A stretch of 52,535 bases of DNA, the filler included, from Bipalium vagum (Eukaryota), in the NCBI GenBank assembly GCA_037834085.1. It is 3 parts of 3 records of this genome, joined end to end, with 100 filler letters (N's around TTAATTAATTAA, not from the genome) between each part and the next. Parts side by side here need not be neighbours in the genome. Positions count along the whole stretch, not along the records: positions 1 to 17,384 come from JBBMKC010068890.1; positions 17,485 to 33,375 come from JBBMKC010139698.1; 1 more part is not named here. One strand, given 5' to 3'. Shown here one piece after another: positions 11,575-23,569 of the stretch (its first letter is position 1; the number at the start of each line of letters is the position of its first letter). The position numbers were made by a program, and so were the translations under genes. The notes under the pieces were generated by a model. The model saw nothing but the letters and a program-made list of their open reading frames with translations, was not told the origin of the DNA and searched no databases.

Positions 11575-13134
11575 CAGTAGAGTTCGCCCAATCCGATTTC
11601 CTCGGGAACCTAAAAAAATTCTGATTAGACGAATTTAATTTTGAAAATGAACAAATCCTAAATTTGAATTAAATTGTTTTAATAAATGACAGCATAGATG
11701 TTTCTCTGGTCTTCTTAATCGATTTTTTTCATTTACATCATTTGCCATATCCAAGATCTCTCAGAATCAATTTCATTAATCAATTAAAATCATTATAAAT
11801 TGTAAATTTTTTGAATGATATCTAAAGCTTCTAAAGCTTCTTTGTTTATTGGCTTCTTAACTACCTGGTTTTATTTATCATTTTCATTCTCCAATTTTTC
11901 TTCTTCCTCACTTGGATTACTGGAAAACAAATTCGAAATTGAGAGTTCAGTACTTGTTTTCAAATCCTCATCAACTACAATAAATATATAATTATTTGAA
12001 CTCATTCAATTGATTAAAAAGATCATCGACTTCATTGGTTGGAAATGTTTCCCTTTCCTCTACTTTCTCTAGATTTTTAAAACCAACATGGGAAAAGGAC
12101 TTTATAATTATTCCTGTCGATAAAATATTCCATGAATATTTTAAAAGATTCTTTAAATGAAGCACATTAAAATTAAAGTCAATATCGGTTTCATAAAATG
12201 CTAAAAGTCGCTGAAGTAGCTTTTTCTTATATGTGCATTTTTTAGAATGAATAACTCCTGTTTATATTGGCTGATTTCCCGATGTTGTATTTGGAAGCAA
12301 AAATACAATTTAATATTTTGAAGATTGTCTATATTCGGGTGACACGTTCATCTGTCCAAAATGAGAGAAATTTTATTTTTCCAGCCAAATAGTAAATCTA
12401 AATTATTCAAATATCTTGTTAAATTGAAGATTTCATCCAAGAGCTTTTCCAATTCAACTTTTCTCCTATCAAAGAAACATTAGTGAGAGCTGCTTTTGTA
12501 TTCTTTTGAATTTGTACCATCATGAACCTTTACACCTTTCAAGTCCAATGTTCAACCCAGAGTCAAATACCAAAAAGGCCAGATTCATCAAAATTAAAAA
12601 TATCAGATGAATGGTGTTCACACAATATACTGAGAACAATATTTTTTCTCCATGTATTCACTGTATCTTTGTGAACATAAGAACTTTATCCTGCCAATTT
12701 ATGTCTTATAATGCCATGTTGCGTTTTCCACCGATTTTTACAATTCATGTCAATTTCAATGGAGCTTCGACTTCTTTTAATTCATTTCCTTTTCTTTCAA
12801 TAAATCACAATTTATTGCAATATCAGACCTCACATTTTGGGTATGAGAGAAAAAGTTTGAGAAATTAAATCTATTTTTTAATTTAAAGAAAGTACGTCAG
12901 GATTAACAGTTCAACTGTCCAGTCAGAGACTTCAAATTACAATCAAAACTATTATAAAATCCAGCGTAAAATCATATTTTTCGCCAGGAAAATTACCAAG
13001 GATAAACAGTAATGTTTTATTTTGGTAATTTTTTTTGGTGACCAGTGTTTTACTGACACAACATTATGAGTTAGGATTGTTTAGTGATTGGAAGTTTGAG
13101 TGATTGAGGATTTGGTTGAGTGAGTGTCTGACTG
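11575..13134 (-). mobile_element. Degenerate pogo/Tigger (DDE_1, CENP-B-like) element
   Basis: Minus-strand IFNFDESGLF, FLLPNTTSGNQPI.TGVI and SWNILSTGIIIKSFSHVGF. Ends begin with CAGT (cagtagagttcgcc at 11575; reverse complement cagtcagacactc at 13134). Confidence 0.75.
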
Positions 13135-14221
13135 CTTGCGAATCAGTTAAGTGTTTTATGATAATTAAAGTGTCTTACCCTTAATTCAATTAATAAAATT
13201 TGTAAGCCGTTTTGTTGTTTTGTTTTACGAGTTTGACTAGCCCATAGCAACCTCAAGCTGGTTAGCTGTGCTACGGGGAAATAGTTGCGCCAATAGTTTT
13301 AAAAGGTGTATATTAACTAGATCTAAAATACAGTTGTCAATGAGAACTTAATAGATCAACCTTGTTTAATAAAATATACTAAATTAATAAACGAAAATTT
13401 GTTTGCGAAGACCTACTTAAGACCTGCACTGGAACTTTCTTTACTTTTTCTCTATCATGCTTTTTATAATTTTTTAAATTCGAATTTCTTTATACTCTCT
13501 TACTTTCCTTTAACACATCATTTGATCCTACTTTATATTATCTTTTCTGATTTTCATTTTCGTGCTATTCTTTGATTACCCTTTTTCTATATTAGGTTTA
13601 CTTTCTCGTCTTTATTCCTTTTTTGACATCACACTTATCATTTTTTCTTATTTTTAGGGTTACTTTTATTTACAACAGAAGGTGTTGCGTCTCGATTTTC
13701 GTTTTACAATTGTAGTTTATTATGAGAGTGTTAATTAAACATTAAAACTTGACCAGTTAAACTCAAATCGGTTAAAATTTGCCGGAAATTTAGTTACAAT
13801 CTGCAACAGGTCAACAATAACCTGACTGACTTGTGTTCGTATATTTATATGTTGACACACTTGAATCAAAAGTATTGAAAAGTTTTCAAATTAATTTACA
13901 CAATTCTTTTTTTTGCGAATGATCTTTTTGATTTAATTTTTTTGAATCATTTTAATGATCAAATTGTAATATTTTGTTCTTTAAAACGTATTTTTGTTAC
14001 TTATAATATATTTTTAAAAATTGCTGTTTTATTAAATTGTTTTGTTGTAATAAAAATTGGCTGACTTTTGCTTTTGTTTAAACGCGTCAAATATTTATTT
14101 ATTTCAACTTGCAGTTTTAAATAAACATTGCTAACTTTCTAATTCTGTGCTACGACTTTTAGCTACAAAAGCAATTTGAAAAGAGTTGAATTGTTGGGAT
14201 TTGTCGCTGTTATCATGTAGA

Positions 14222-17146
14222 ATGGTAAATGAGTTGAAAACGATGACAAACAAGTTCAGTCGAAGCCCGCACGTTACGTTTTCTGCCAATTTGTCATCTC
14301 CAGCCAGCGGCATGTCTTCGTCGAAAAACAATGCTTTCGGCAACAATGTCCATCTGGCGGTGGGCAATCAGAAAATATTGTCACAGGGCTCAAAAAGTTC
14401 AACGGTTTCTGAAAAAACATCGTCCAAATGCAACTTGGTGATTGAAAACGGAAACAATGCCATACGAGGCAAGGCCAGGCTGGCCGAATGTGAGTTTTGA
14501 ATGAATTGGTCAAGGATGGTTTTGAATTTTATAACATAAAGGTTTAGTCTTTCTCTCGCCGAAATAAAATCTGTCTTCGTCATTGTCACTATTTCATCTG
14601 CCTTTCCCGCGTACGAACTATTTCAAAGGATTATCAAAACATTCGCTATTGGTTATGCTCTATTTCTAAAATATTGATTATTTTTGTCAGTATTGATTTT
14701 CTATCGAGTTTATCTCAATTCGACGTCTCAGCTTTGATGGAAAATGTTTGATCTGTTATTTTATTTATGCAATAAAAAGTAAACAAAATGATAATAAAGA
14801 TTAATATTTTTTGCCGCAAAAAAGATTTAAAATGGTCTTTTCTCCCTGTAAAATCTGTTAGTAGATTTTAGACAAAAATTCTTCCCCTATTCAAACAGCT
14901 TTTCTTAAAGTATCAAATTGATTTTTTTAATCTTATCGATTTTATTGATTGATCAATTATCAATTTCGAAATTATTATTGATTATTCGAAGTAATTATTT
15001 ATTACTGGAAAATAATCTCTCAGTATTGATTCATTGTCCATCAGACTCTTCATCTCGAGGTCTTTTATGCACAAAATATTTGTTTTAATAACCATTCCTT
15101 TTGCTTCAGTGTCAGAGTTCGTTTTTTAGCTTCATGGTAATTATCCCAGGGTTCATGTTTATGTTCAATTGTCCTCTGTTTAATGATGTGATGATTTTCG
15201 GTTTTTGATATCTGGGGAAACGTTTTAAAAACTATTTTTGCTTCCGTTATAAATTTAAAATGGTGACTTTTTTCTTTGAAAATTTTGCTTTAAAATCTGT
15301 GACCAAAAATCGATCTATTCTTTATCTTATCTATTAATCTAAATTTTTTTGAAATTGATTGCTTTTTTTATTGCTTAATTAATTATTAATTACGCTAATA
15401 ATATATCGTATATTGATTATATTGTTAATTAATCATAACAAAAAATTGATTATTTCACTATGGATTAATTATTATTATTAACAAGTTTTCATTATATTTG
15501 TGTCAAATGTTGATTGAAAAGTAATAAAATAATAAAGCAAATGATTTTTTTTTCGGTAAAACTTTTTTTCTCTGATAATTCTTTGTTTAAATCGAAGCCA
15601 ATAAATATTTATCTCTTTAAAAAATTTTAATTAAATAATATAATCGTTTTTATTTTTTTTGATTATTTAATTATTGATTATTTTGTTAATTATTATTGAT
15701 TAATATTAATTATGCATGATTATTTGTTATTTAAAAACATGGATCTTTTACCTTTTTCCGCCCAACAATTATCTTTCCGTTTTTTTCTCCCCAATGAAAA
15801 TCTTTTCTGGATTTTTCCCCAATAAAAAAATAATTAATTAATGATAATAATAAATTAATAATCTATTGTTTGTGTATTTGCATATGTTTTAGGGTCTGCA
15901 CAATAAATTGAAAGGTTGACTTTCAAATGACGAAATCCAACTTTTTCAATATCATTATAAACTTTCCATTGATCATCTGTAATAATTGAACCTCCGCGGC
16001 ATACATATTTAACTATTGGTAGTATAGTGCCTGCTTTTCTGTTTTCAACTACCTCTAGGTATATTTTTGATGGTTCAAGACTGGTAGTTGCAATTTCAAG
16101 TACCCAGATTTCGTTATGATTTAATTCCTTGACCGCCTCGTTTAAAAGGATTTCCTGTGTAATAATTATCACAACATTTTCTTAAGTCATCAAAACTTTT
16201 CTATGAACATCAACTTAGCAACCTCAAACCAATACTTATATGAAATCGATATCTCACGAAAACAGAACCTGTACGTATGTTAATATATATTTCTTATAAT
16301 TGGCTTGGCACAGCATTTACATGGTAAGCATTACCTCTGGAACAAGGTAATTAACAATTACATATGTTGTAACAGTTGTTGTAATCAACGGATTAGTTCG
16401 AGATTTTTCTGTAACCACTCAATAAAATTCTCTTCCTTTTTCCCCAGATGAGGAAAAAAGGTAAAAGATCCAAAAACATTATCGATCAGATTTCAGATCA
16501 AGGTCGTTTTTAAAAGGATTTTTTTATTTTCATTCCTCGTGTTTCTCTGTCAGAGTTCCGCTTTATTGATTTCATGATAAATATGTCGGGGATCATTGTC
16601 TGTCCTCCATTGACTTTTGATATTTGACCATTTTTCAATAAAAAATCAAAGTAACATCTTTCCCCATTTCCAGACGCCAATCACTCCGTCAACGATTTCA
16701 TCTGGCGTAAAATAGAGGTCATTGTGGATCGAATGCAGAACGACGACACCGGGGTTCCGATCCGAACAGTGAAAAGTCTCATGTCTACGGTGCCCAGTGT
16801 TTTCACCGGTGCCGATCTCGTGGCCTGGATCATCAAGCATCTGGGAGCCGAGGACGTTCTCGAAGCCACTCACGTTGGGTCAATGATTTCCTCTATGGGA
16901 TACCTGTTTCCCATTGCTGATCATGCGTTGCAGGTGAAAAACGATGCTCACGCCCTCTACAGATTCCAGACTCCTTGTCTCTATCCCAGCAAATGCTGTG
17001 AGGTGGACAATATCGAATATGCCGTTTACCTGTGCAAGCGAACCATGCAGAACAAGCAGCGCCTGGAGTTGGCTGACTTCGAGGCCGAACGACTGGCCAC
17101 CTTACAGAGTTTCTATTGGCACAAATGGGAATTCATATATCTCCAG
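14222..17146 (+). CDS. RGS7: R7-family regulator of G-protein signalling (RGS6/7, EGL-10-like), 5' part: exons 14222-14489 and 16674-17146 (DEP + DHEX). Remainder missing beyond the assembly gap
   Basis: Exon 2 translates to IWRKIEVIVDRMQNDDTGVPIRTVKSLMSTVPSVFTGADL..GYLFPIADH..YRFQTP..YAVYLCKRTMQNKQRLELADFEAE..KWEFIYLQ, closely matching the RGS6/7 DEP-DHEX region. The phase-1 donor gtgagt (14490) joins the acceptor ttccag (16673) in frame. Assignment of exon 1 is less certain. Confidence 0.9.
15741..16471 (-). mobile_element. Internally deleted Merlin (ISXO2/IS1016-like) DNA transposon in RGS intron 1
   Basis: TIRs ggatcttttaccttttt at both ends and a perfect 8-bp TSD aaaaacat (15733-15740, 16472-16479). 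ORF 15855-16172 has VVENRKAGTILPIVKYV..GSIITDDQWKVY..HLKVN..DPKT.ANTQTI (DDE_Tnp_ISXO2). Confidence 0.95.
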
Positions 17147-17384
17147 GTTAAGGGGTTTTGGTTTTGTGATTGTTAAGGGGTTGGTCTGCTGGTTTGTGAT
17201 AATTGCCCAAAACATATGAGGTCTTGGGGAATTTTAATGAGTTAGATCAGAAAGGTGAGGCAACATGTTGTCCACTTTAATAAAGTTTTCAATTGCCTTG
17301 TCCCGTTATCTCTTGATTATTCGTCTATTCTATTTTTTATTATTTTTACATAATAATAATTATTATTATTATAATAATATTAAT

Positions 17385-17484
17385 NNNNNNNNNNNNNNNN
17401 NNNNNNNNNNNNNNNNNNNNNNNNNNNNTTAATTAATTAANNNNNNNNNNNNNNNNNNNNNNNNNNNNNNNNNNNNNNNNNNNN
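17385..17484. other. Assembly spacer N44-TTAATTAATTAA-N44 (artificial contig join)
   Basis: Exactly 100 bp. The 12-mer puts stop codons in all six frames. An identical structure occurs at 33376-33475. Confidence 0.95.

Positions 17485-17555
<71 letters not shown>
17485..17555. repeat. (AAT)n microsatellite
   Basis: Perfect ataata run next to the gap. AAT/ATT runs also precede the gap at about 17351-17384. Confidence 0.95.
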
Positions 17556-17556
<1 letters not shown>

Positions 17557-17576
17557 CTCTGTATTTTTTTGGATAT

Positions 17577-18560
17577 TTAAGGTGTCAAATACTTTAAAAG
17601 TTTGAAATCGAGGGATTTAATGTGGATTTTTTTCTAACAGAACCATGGTAATTTCGAAACAAAACTGAAAAATAATTTATTCAAAATAATGACCATTTTA
17701 CTCCACACATTTCTTCCATGTTTCACCAAATTTATGGATGCCATCCCAAAAGAACTTTGCTTGTTTCGAGGCAAACCATCCAAAAACCAAATTTTTGACA
17801 TCTTCGTACGATTTGAAGTGTTGCTCAGCAAGTCCATGTGCCATTGAACGGAACAGGTGAAATTCGAAAGGGACAAGATCTGGTGAATATGGCGAGTGGG
17901 TGAATACTTCACATTTCTTATCTTTTAACTGCTTTGGAAGTGTGAGGGTTTACGTTGTCATGCAGAGGATTTAATTTGCAATGTTTACTGACCCATTCTG
18001 GACGTTTAACCAATAAAAATTGATTCAGTGGGCCTATCTGGTTTTGATATCTCTCCAAAATAACACTTTTACCTGGTTTGAGAAGCTCTTCATACACCAC
18101 ATCTTCCTGATTCCACCAGACTCAGAGCCTTGTTTTTTTCCCGAAGCGGTCTGGTCTAGCAGTTTGTTTTTATGGTTGACCTGGGTCAACCCATGTTTTC
18201 GTAATTTGGAATTTTTAAAATAGATCCACTTTTCATCTCCTGTCAATAGTCGATGGAGAAAGACTTTCTTTCGTGTCGTCGTAAGACCATATTACTGACT
18301 ACTTTTCGGTTTTCCAGTTTTTTCTCATTCAATTGATGAGGCACCCATTTTCCTTCCTTTAACATTTTATCCATATCATTTAGGTGCGCGCTAATTGCTT
18401 GCTGGGTATACCTAATCTTATGATAAGTTGATTTTAAGATTGACAGACATGTCCATCCTATAAATTTTGTAAATCGTGGTTTTCATATTTGGAAGGACGG
18501 CCTGGGCGTTCTTTATCCTTTACACTGAAATCATTACTTCTGAAGCAGTGAAAGTTATAG
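17577..18560 (-). mobile_element. Near full-length degenerate mariner (Mos1-like) element
   Basis: Minus strand KDKERPGRP, GKWVPHQLNE, LLTGDEKWIYF, YEELLKPG, LHDNVNPH and YSP, plus the C-terminus. Multiple frameshifts. Confidence 0.92.
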
Positions 18561-18569
18561 AAGAAGGAT

Positions 18570-19020
18570 ATCAACATTAACTAAAAATATTAAAAATTGA
18601 ATTGATTAAAACAGGACTTGCAATAGCCACCAATCAACGTAAAGTCATTCTATTGCTTGAAAATGCAAGTCCACATCTTTCTTCAATCGTCAACCGAACA
18701 CTCTTTGACTTGTAATGAAAATTTTGTCCGCTATCAGCGTATTCTCCAGACACAGATTCAACAGATTTTCATTCATTCAGGCCAATGTCACATTTTCTTG
18801 AAGATATGCGATTCAATTCGTACGAAGATGTTCAAAATTGTTCGTCCAATTGGAATCAATTTAAAGAAAAGTCATTTTATCACAGCGGAATATCAATGTA
18901 TTCAGATTTATGGGGGGAAATTTGACGACCGAAAATACTTTGATTGATTTTTATGTGCCTCTTTGACATAAAATAAATATTAAAGGTTGTATACAAAGTC
19001 TAAAATCAATACATGCTCCC
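18570..19020 (+). mobile_element. Mariner 3' fragment (opposite orientation)
   Basis: Frameshifted remnants of ENASPH, YSPD..DFHSFR and RFNSYEDVQN, ending in a KYFD-like C-terminus. Confidence 0.7.
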
Positions 19021-19611
19021 GATAATTCATAAATAAAATAAATATTTAGAAATAAATAATAGTGTCTAATTCTTGGATCCAGGTGGCTGGCTGACAACCA
19101 CGTCTTAAGATAATTTGGCCCTTAAACTTATTTTGTAAAATATCAGTGTTTTTCGTTATGTAACCTGGATCAAACAAGTGTCTTACTGGAACCACAAAAT
19201 CTCATAAATCCTCATAACATGGCAAATCTTGCTGAGTTTCTAAATATTTCAGTAACACCTGCTCAAAATTGGCACCTATTTAACCTCCGGACTGGGCTTT
19301 CTTTGATTTTTATTATTTTGCTCCTGGTGTCTCAAGAACAAAAGGTACATCAAAACCATGGAATATTTTAAATTCACGTGTAGAATTGAAAATCCCTAAT
19401 ATTTCGTTCATTAAAACAAAGAAATGATCTTATTATATTTTTTGAGGACTAGGAAATTTTATTAAATTTTCGATCAAAAGAGTTTATGTATAAAAACGAC
19501 TAAAAACTTGATTTGTGGAATACCCTAGAGACCTTCTTTTAAAAATAAAAAAAAACTAAAAACAGATAATAATAATATTTGTAATAATAATTTTAATTTT
19601 ATTAATTCAAT

Positions 19612-19642
<31 letters not shown>

Positions 19643-21349
19643 TAATGAGTTAAAAATTAATTTGAATAATTTCCAGGAAATTTAATCTTTATTTGTTTTA
19701 AATTCAGTTAGAAAATCAAACTAAAGCTTTAATAATATTTTTATTATTACTTTTAATTATTAATATTGTCAATATTATTATTTTATTTTATAATTTTTAT
19801 TCTTTTTATATGTGGAAGTCAGAGTCAAAAAGATAAAAATAATGATTCTTGATTTTTGATTATTTAAATATTTCAATTAAAAAAATTATCAATCAATTAT
19901 TATTCGAAGTCAATCAATTATTATCAATCAATCAATTATTTTGGTTTCAAATTCCCATTGGCTGTCAGTTATCAAATCAAATGCAATTATTAAAACATTT
20001 TGGCATCAACAAACATTTTATTATTGATACATTTTGCGATTCGATTGTATTTTATCATTTATCATTATCACCAATCACGTGACTTTGTTTTATAACTAAT
20101 TAAATTTTTAAAAATAATTAAATTAAAATAAATAAATAAAATTGCCTTTTTAAAAAGGGCATATCCCAAATTGTGGCATGAGGCATGTCCGATGACGTGT
20201 TTTTTGTAAAATGAGAAGTAAAATAATAATAATAATAATAATAATAAAATTATTAAAAATAAAATGAATATGATGATATATACATTTGATGAAGTTGAAG
20301 ACAGTACTATTAAATCATACTGTCTTACACTACTTAAAGGAAATTAAGTAACAATAAGATAACACCAACACTAAAGAGTAGATAGGGAAAATTAATATAA
20401 ATAAACACAGCTGAAAATCTCAGATTTTAACTGTCTAGTTTATTATAACTAAAAGGTTAATTGGAAATTAATTCAATAAATCAAGGAGGAAATAACAAAA
20501 ATCGAAAGATAAATGAATATAGACGCAGGTGAATTATTATATTCACTGTACTCAATTAAATCTGTTACGCAAAACGTGAATATTATTTCCCATTTATGCT
20601 TCTGTTAAAACTAATTACTTCCAGCTTCTGCTTTTTGTTTTTATTTTCCGGAATCTACAGTCTGATGAATTAGTCAGCCTAATCGATATTTTACTGCAGA
20701 GCGTCTACTGTCTTCCTGGTGCAGATCGAATTCTTCTTCAATTAATTAAAATTGTCGATTTGATCTATTTTAGATTCGACTTGTCATTTACATATTTTTA
20801 TATAATCAATAAAAGTTATAAAACAGTTACTTGCTGTCATTGGTACACTACCTTCACATTCATTTGGAGTCAAATTGAATAAAATAAAGCAACCTTACAT
20901 CAAAACTTAACATTTTAAAAAATTTTTTGCACAATATATTTATATACATAAAAAATATATAATATTTTTAATTTTACAATTTTACAATTTTCGATATCAA
21001 TAAAAAAGCAAAGCTTATAGAAATTTTTTTCAAAAAAAATCAATATTAAAATTTATGACTTTGATATGGATTGCATATTTCTTTGATTATTGACCAATAA
21101 ATTAAATGATAAATTATTATTTGAAAATTTATTAATTGCAAGTTCAAACAGTTTTATAATTGCTTTTTTTCAAAATTTTATCGCAATTTTGTTTTTAATT
21201 ATTTATTTTCAAACTAACGGGCACAATTAACATTTCGTGTTTCAGATTAAATATTTAAATAAATAAAATAAATAAATAGGCCTTTTCAAGAACTGATAAT
21301 ATTTTTAACATTTTTTTTGGTGAAATTTGGTTTAAAGTTTTTGTAAAAT

Positions 21350-21800
21350 TAAAAAATATTTAAATATATTTTTTTATATATTTAAATAAATTTAAAATGT
21401 TTTTGATAATTTTTTTAAATAATAATTTATTATAATTTGTATTAAAATTTATTATTAATAATTTTTTATTATTATATTTTTTAATATAATTTTTATTAAA
21501 TTTTTTTATTTAACTTTTTTTTACATATTTTTATTACATTTTTTATTAATCATTTTTATTTAACTTTTTATTAAATTATTTTATTAAATATTCTTATTAA
21601 AAAATTTTTATTACATTTTTTTACTTATTTTTTTTAAAACTTTTTAAAATTTTTTAAAAAAATTTTTTATTTTACTTTTTAAAAACATTTTTTATTAAAT
21701 TATTTTATTACATTTTTTTAATAAAATTTTTTGATAATTGTTTTTAATAAATATTTTATAAAAAATATTTTTATAATAAATATCTGATTAATTTAAAAAT
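21350..21800. repeat. AT-only low-complexity / degenerate minisatellite (ttttatta-type units)
   Basis: Repeated tttttatta(a/c)a units with almost no G. Confidence 0.7.
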
Positions 21801-23496
21801 TAAATAAAATTCTTTAAGATACTTTTTGAACCAATAATCGAATATATATGTGAATGTCAGAATTATTCAACAATTTTACGTAATTGGTCAATTTTTCTGA
21901 TTAATAAAAATATATTAAAATGACGGTAAAATAAAGGAAATATTAAATAATAATTTTTTAAAATTTTTTCATAATTCCCAAAAATATTTTAATCATAATT
22001 TTTGTAAAAAAAAATAAAATAATTATTAAAAAAAATTGGAAAAATATTAATTAATTTTTTTATTATATAATCAAAGTATTTTTTAATTATAAATAACACA
22101 TTTTTCTCTGTGCACTTTTCAAAAAAATTATTATGATAAATTAAAAAATGATAAATAGTTTATCCTTTATTCGGGGGGACTGGACAATATCGATTAAATA
22201 ATTTATACTTTGACAGACACAAACTTCCATAATTTTATTTAATCTACTTAATTATAAAACATCGCAACCATTACGTAAACACAACAAAATGTGCGATATC
22301 TGAACCAAACGAAAAATTCCTGAGATTTTTGTAAACAAAACCAAACTGAATCGCATTAAAATCCGTATAATTTTACAACTCAGAATAGAAATTTTTCGAT
22401 GGAAAACTGTCGCAAAAAAAAAATAATATGTTCACAAATAATAAAAAAGTAGTAAAAAATCTTATCCGGAAAACCCAAATCAACTGGGGGTGCACTTTTT
22501 GCCTATTTCATTATCAATTTTTTCATCAACACCAAAAAATCATTAAAATCTATCGAAATTTATTTCAATTTTGAACCAAAATCAATAATTCTGAACTGAA
22601 AAACTAATTTCAAATTATATCGGTTATTCGAAATAATGTCTTCGGTTATTATCATAAAATAATAATAATTTTATTATATTTTTAAATAAAAGTCCAAATC
22701 CGCTGGGTGTACTTTTCCCAATACTTTCCTTATCTATTTTAATCAGCACAGAAAATTGGCTATGACCTGTCGAAATTTATTTACCTTTAATAATAATAAT
22801 TTAATAATAAATAAAATATGACGAAAATATTATTTTCTTTTTTAAAAGAAAACGGAGCCGACTCGAAAACTCAGAACGAATTGTTTAAATAAATCAATAA
22901 TTTGAAACAAAGCCTTTTGTTTATTCGAATCATTTTAATCCGTGAGATATTTTGAGGCGCCCAATTCGAAAAGCGCGTCGAAATCGATTTCCGATTCAAA
23001 ATGGCGATCTCTTGCAAAAAAACAGTAGAACAGAAGTAGTCAGCCAGCGCTATCCAGCAGAGCCACTTGGTGTGATCTCAGTGCATTGATGCAGTCAACA
23101 AACGCTGGGGAATCTTTCATTTTCGTTTCCCCAACAAAATTTCCAGCGATTTTCCACAACATTTGTCTGTCCAGTGATGTACGACTTTCGTGTTGTGTTT
23201 GATATGTTGATTGACGTGCTTAAGGCCGGAAAACCGGTCGATAAATGCCAAGTTTTCGACAACACAGACCGAGACTGAATGGAGGTGATGTAATGATCTG
23301 TTTTTCTCTCTCCGTGTGTTTCTAGGTCCGGTTTTTCGAGTCTTGATCGTTCTTTTTTTGTCACTGTGCTTCGATAATCAATAATGCACATTGCAAACCC
23401 GTGCGATCGCTTTTCTCTTCACAGTCTGACACCCGAAAAATCAATCGCCGTGTGTTGCACATACCGTTTCTGTGCTTTTTCCACACAAGTCAGTTC

Positions 23497-23506
23497 TATA
23501 TAAAAG
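23497..23506 (+). promoter_or_regulatory. TATA box of the CSRP/MLP gene
   Basis: TATATAAAAG about 70 nt upstream of the ATG at 23570, within a locally GC-richer promoter-like region. Confidence 0.6.
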
Positions 23507-23569
23507 ACAAAATTACATTTTTCATCTCGACGTTCAACTGATAACCGAATCGACCGGAAAACAGAAATC

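Noticed and set aside
17147-17201. Tandem duplication of gttaaggggtt..ttgtgat at the RGS donor as an alternative splice site
   Set aside because: The second copy would shift the frame by 25 nt and lacks a good exonic context. Likely a local slippage duplication.
16646-17219. ORFs 16646-16873(-), 16681-16869(-) and 16944-17219(+)
   Set aside because: Shadows of the GC-richer RGS exon.
17429-17440. Palindromic TTAATTAATTAA as a biological site (also 33420-33431)
   Set aside because: Centred in exactly 44+44 Ns twice, so it is an assembly linker.
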